This document shows positions 60,637 through 64,000 of a stretch of DNA of 64,000 nt, in pieces. The stretch is from a bacterium. GTDB taxonomy: Bacteria > Patescibacteriota > Saccharimonadia > Saccharimonadales > DATKHC01. The notes beneath the pieces are model-generated. The model was not told where the DNA came from and made no database searches. It saw only the letters and a program-made list of their open reading frames with translations. Location of the stretch: contig JAJXXC010000006.1 of the NCBI GenBank assembly GCA_021781215.1, forward strand, positions 11,029 through 75,028. Reading direction: 5' to 3'. The position numbers and the translations under genes are program-made. Positions within the stretch are counted from its first letter, which is position 1. Each line of letters opens with the position of its first letter.

Positions 60637-61110
60637 ATGGAACATATTATTACTAAATTTATGGGACGGAAACTTATTATAGTGTCTCAGGGGCCGTCAA
60701 TAATTTCACTAGCATTCGATACCCAGCCTGAATTTAAATATTATTTGAATAATTCATATCAGAATAATCGATCTAACTTATTAACATCTGCTGTTAATGA
60801 GCTTGATGAATACTTAAAGGGCAAAAGAAAAACATTTGATATTAAATTCTCGTTTTCAGGAACAAAATTTCAAACATTAGTTTGGGCTGAGGTTAGCAAA
60901 ATTCCTTATGGCAGAACATTGTCGTATCTTGACATAGCTAATAATATTTTAAGACCTAAGGCCTATAGAGCTGTTGCTAATGCCGTTGGTAAAAACCCGA
61001 TTAGCATAATTATTCCCTGCCATCGGGTTATAAGATTAAACGGTGAAATCGGGGGTTATTCCGGGGGATTAGATATAAAGAAATCATTGCTCCTGCATGA
61101 GGCTCTTTAG
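60637..61110 (+). CDS. ogt: methylated-DNA--protein-cysteine methyltransferase
   Basis: GTKFQ..VW, IPYG, NPISIIIPCHRVI. Confidence 0.93.
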   Translation: MEHIITKFMGRKLIIVSQGPSIISLAFDTQPEFKYYLNNSYQNNRSNLLTSAVNELDEYLKGKRKTFDIKFSFSGTKFQTLVWAEVSKIPYGRTLSYLDIANNILRPKAYRAVANAVGKNPISIIIPCHRVIRLNGEIGGYSGGLDIKKSLLLHEAL

Positions 61111-61157
61111 CTAGTTAATTTGAATTTTAGTCTGCATTGTCTGTTATAATTTATCGA

Positions 61158-61733
61158 ATGAAAAGACTGATTTTGGCATCATCCTCTCCGAGTAGGAAAT
61201 CTATTCTGGAACAAGCTGGGGTCGATTTTGAAGCGGATCCAAGTAGTTACGACGAAGATATGACCATAGATCTAGCTCCAGCTGAATTAGCTAAGCTGTT
61301 ATCGATGGGCAAGGCTAAAGATGTAGTAGCTAGGCACAAGAATGCAGTTGTTTTGGGGGCAGATAGTTTTGGAGTGTTTGAAGGCAATTTGTTAGGCAAG
61401 CCACATACTCTGGTTAAAGCTAGGCAAATGTTACAAATGCTTAGCGGAAATTGGCATGAATTTATTACCGGATTCACTATTATCGATAGCGATAGTGGTA
61501 AAACTTTTTCGGATTCAGTAACTACTAAATTATTATTTAAGCAATTAACCAGTGATGAAATAGATAGGTATTTAGCTAAAGAAGATGTATTGGAACTTGC
61601 AGGGGCCTACAGTATCCAAACACTGGGCGCAGTTATGGTCAAAAGGATTGAGGGGAGCTATAGCAATGTTTACGGCTTACCTATTTTTGAAGTCGCTGAA
61701 GCCTTGAAGAATTTTGGAATAGATTTTTTGTAA
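61158..61733 (+). CDS. maf: Maf family nucleoside triphosphate pyrophosphatase
   Basis: LILASSSPSR, LGAD, LGKP, AGAY.IQ, NVYGLP. Confidence 0.9.
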   Translation: MKRLILASSSPSRKSILEQAGVDFEADPSSYDEDMTIDLAPAELAKLLSMGKAKDVVARHKNAVVLGADSFGVFEGNLLGKPHTLVKARQMLQMLSGNWHEFITGFTIIDSDSGKTFSDSVTTKLLFKQLTSDEIDRYLAKEDVLELAGAYSIQTLGAVMVKRIEGSYSNVYGLPIFEVAEALKNFGIDFL

Positions 61734-61777
61734 AATTAATTCTATTTTTATTGATATAATTATCTGTAAGTTATGAT

Positions 61778-61851
61778 GGCGCTGTGGCGGAGTGGTTACG
61801 CAGAGGTCTGCAAAACCTTTTACGCCGGTTCAATTCCGGTCGGCGCCTCCA
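61778..61851 (+). tRNA. tRNA-Cys(GCA)
   Basis: GGCGCTG...GAGGT CT GCA AA ACCTT...GGTTCAATTCCGGTCGGCGCCTCCA. Confidence 0.95.
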
Positions 61852-61884
61852 AATAACTACAATCTTAAGTTATAATAATCTAAT

Positions 61885-61970
61885 GCCTGGGTGGCGGAAT
61901 TGGTATACGCGTTCGACTTAAAATCGAATGTTCAAAAGACGTGCGGGTTCAAGTCCCGCCCCAGGCACCA
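61885..61970 (+). tRNA. tRNA-Leu(TAA)
   Basis: GCCTGGG...TTCGA CT TAA AA TCGAA, long variable arm, ...CCCAGGCACCA. Confidence 0.95.
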
Positions 61971-61980
61971 ATTTACAGCA

Positions 61981-63417
61981 ATGAAAACATTTATCACAAC
62001 TTCAATTCCTTATGTTAATGGTCCACCACATCTTGGGCACGCCATGGAGTTTACTATTGCTGATGTTTTGGCAAGATATGCAAGATTAAGGGGAGATGAG
62101 GTAATTTTAAGTATTGGCACCGATGAACACGGTGGCAAAATTGCCGAGAAAGCCGAATCCCTAAAACTTACTCCACAAGAATTTACTGATCAAATGAGCC
62201 AGAAATTTCAGGATTTAGCAACTACGCTAGAGATTTCTAACGATCGATTCATCAGAACTACCGACAAGGACCACGAGGCTAGAGTTCAAAAAATCTGGGA
62301 GTCAATCAAAGACGATCTGTATATTAAACAATATCAGGCTTGGTATTGCACCGGAGATGAGGCTTTTTTCTCAGACGCGGTAGTGAAAAAGAATAACAAT
62401 GTCTGTCCGGAGCATAATCGACCATATGAAAAAATCGTAGAAGAAAACTATTTCTTTAAATTATCGAAGTATAATCAACGGATTAAAGATTTAATCGTTT
62501 CGAATGAATTTTTAATAATCCCTGAAACCAAACGAAATGAAATACTTAGTTTATTGGATGAAGGACTAGAAGATATCAGCGTCTCCAGACCTAAATCTAA
62601 AATATATTGGGGTATACCAGTTCCGGGTGATGAAAGCCAAGTTATTTATGTTTGGTTCGAGGCACTACTCAACTATATTACTGTTCTCGGTTTTCCCGAT
62701 AAATCCGATTTTAAAGACTATTGGCCAGCTAGTTATCAGGTTATAGGTAAGGATATAATTCGATTCCATGCAGCCATTTGGCCAGCGATATTGATGTCAC
62801 TGGGAATTGCTACTCCCAAAAAACTTTATGTCCATGGTTTTATAAATGTTGATAACCTAAAGATGAGTAAATCTTTGGGCAATTCAATTGATCCATTCGC
62901 AATCGTTGATCAATACGGTGCAGATGCGTTCAGATATTTTTTCTTAAGACATATTCCAAGCTATGATGATGGCAATTTTTCCTGGGAGGCAATGGCTAGC
63001 TCCTATCAGAATGAACTCGGAAATGAACTTGGAAATGCGGTTCAAAGAACTGCGGTGATGGTCAAAAATTATCTAGCCAGCGAGTTGCCGGAACCGGAGT
63101 CTAAAAAAGCCTACGATCAGGAAATCGGAAGTTTAATTGAGAACTGTAGATTCGACAAGGCTTTGGAACAAATTTGGCTAAGAGTTAAAAATTTAAATCA
63201 ATTCATTGAAGATCAAAAACCGTGGTCTTTATATAAAGCCGGCGAACAAAAAAAGTTAGTCTTGGTTTTAAACTCGCAAATTAAGGCACTTAGATATATT
63301 GCTGACTTACTACAGCCATTTATGCCTGACGTATCTGATAAAATTTCACTAATCTTTAATAGCAAACAGCTCAACCTTCCCGAACGAACTTTATTTCCAA
63401 GACGAGATCTTGATTAA
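61981..63417 (+). CDS. metG: methionine--tRNA ligase
   Basis: YVNGPPHLGH, GTDEHG, KMSKSLGN; true start at ATG 61981 because the ORF-track extension overlaps tRNA-Leu. Confidence 0.96.
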   Translation: MKTFITTSIPYVNGPPHLGHAMEFTIADVLARYARLRGDEVILSIGTDEHGGKIAEKAESLKLTPQEFTDQMSQKFQDLATTLEISNDRFIRTTDKDHEARVQKIWESIKDDLYIKQYQAWYCTGDEAFFSDAVVKKNNNVCPEHNRPYEKIVEENYFFKLSKYNQRIKDLIVSNEFLIIPETKRNEILSLLDEGLEDISVSRPKSKIYWGIPVPGDESQVIYVWFEALLNYITVLGFPDKSDFKDYWPASYQVIGKDIIRFHAAIWPAILMSLGIATPKKLYVHGFINVDNLKMSKSLGNSIDPFAIVDQYGADAFRYFFLRHIPSYDDGNFSWEAMASSYQNELGNELGNAVQRTAVMVKNYLASELPEPESKKAYDQEIGSLIENCRFDKALEQIWLRVKNLNQFIEDQKPWSLYKAGEQKKLVLVLNSQIKALRYIADLLQPFMPDVSDKISLIFNSKQLNLPERTLFPRRDLD

Positions 63418-63418
63418 G

Positions 63419-64000
63419 ATGCAGCTAATAGATAGCCATTGTCACATCCATTCTCCGGAATATCAATTTGATATCGAACAAGTCTACCAATCTGCCTACC
63501 AGTCAGGAGTAAATAAATTTATTTGTATAGGCACCGATCTAGTCGATAGCTTGCAAGCGGTTAATTTTGCAATTTCTCATGACAATACTTGGTCTAGTGT
63601 AGGCATCCATCCTCACGAAGCCGATAAATTTAATAACCTACATAAATTGACTGAATTAGAAAAACTTGCAGCTATGAATAAAGTTGTGGCTATTGGTGAG
63701 TGCGGACTAGATTACCACTACAGCCATTCATCTAAGAAATCACAGCGAGAAATACTAGAGTTTCAGATAGATTTAGCAATCAAACAACAGCTGCCGATGA
63801 GCTTTCATGTTAGGGAGGCCTTTGAAGATTTTTGGCCTATATTCGATAATTTTCGTGGGGTAAGGGGCGTACTCCATAGTTTTACCGATTCACAGGCAAA
63901 TTTAGCCATGGCAGTCGATAGAGGGCTATTTATCGGAGTAAACGGGATTGCAACTTTTACCAAAGACCACGGCCAACTCGATATGTATAAACAGATTCCA
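63419..64000 (+). CDS. tatD: TatD family hydrolase (runs off the window end)
   Basis: MQLIDSHCHIH, GIHPH, IGECGLDY, H.REA, LHSF. Confidence 0.92.
   Translation, partial: MQLIDSHCHIHSPEYQFDIEQVYQSAYQSGVNKFICIGTDLVDSLQAVNFAISHDNTWSSVGIHPHEADKFNNLHKLTELEKLAAMNKVVAIGECGLDYHYSHSSKKSQREILEFQIDLAIKQQLPMSFHVREAFEDFWPIFDNFRGVRGVLHSFTDSQANLAMAVDRGLFIGVNGIATFTKDHGQLDMYKQIP

Noticed and set aside
61891..61980. N-terminal extension of MetG in the ORF track
   Set aside because: Overlaps tRNA-Leu; the real start is ATG 61981.

Overview
This is a low-GC bacterial chromosome segment using genetic code 11. Gene content, apparently leaderless promoters, a pilin-like gene and the protein families suggest Patescibacteria/CPR, probably Saccharibacteria-like (inference). 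Housekeeping genes include folD, pgk, tpiA, pcrA, rsmA, typA, a DEAD-box helicase, metG and tatD. There are six tRNAs (Lys, Glu, Phe, Gly, Cys, Leu) and tmRNA. The main finding is two integron-like cassette arrays without an integrase in the window, anchored at RNA-gene 3' ends: about 10 cassettes after tmRNA (41180-48713) and about 5 after tRNA-Glu (10851-14327). A weaker third array may follow tRNA-Lys. Cassettes are separated by repeats of about 60-150 bp containing a short copy of the RNA gene's 3' end. On the opposite strand these repeats encode a peptide conserved at both loci, V-x5-NW-x2-I-x2-E-[LI]-x-RW, which may be an attP-bearing recombinase C-terminal tail or a small ORF. Other notable items are a tatAC locus flanked by two paralogous signal-peptide-like mini-proteins and followed by two beta-helix proteins with a shared N-terminal tag, an ApbE/FMN-binding/RnfD-FNR flavinylation module, and a gene split at an A10/A_AAA_AAG slippery site.
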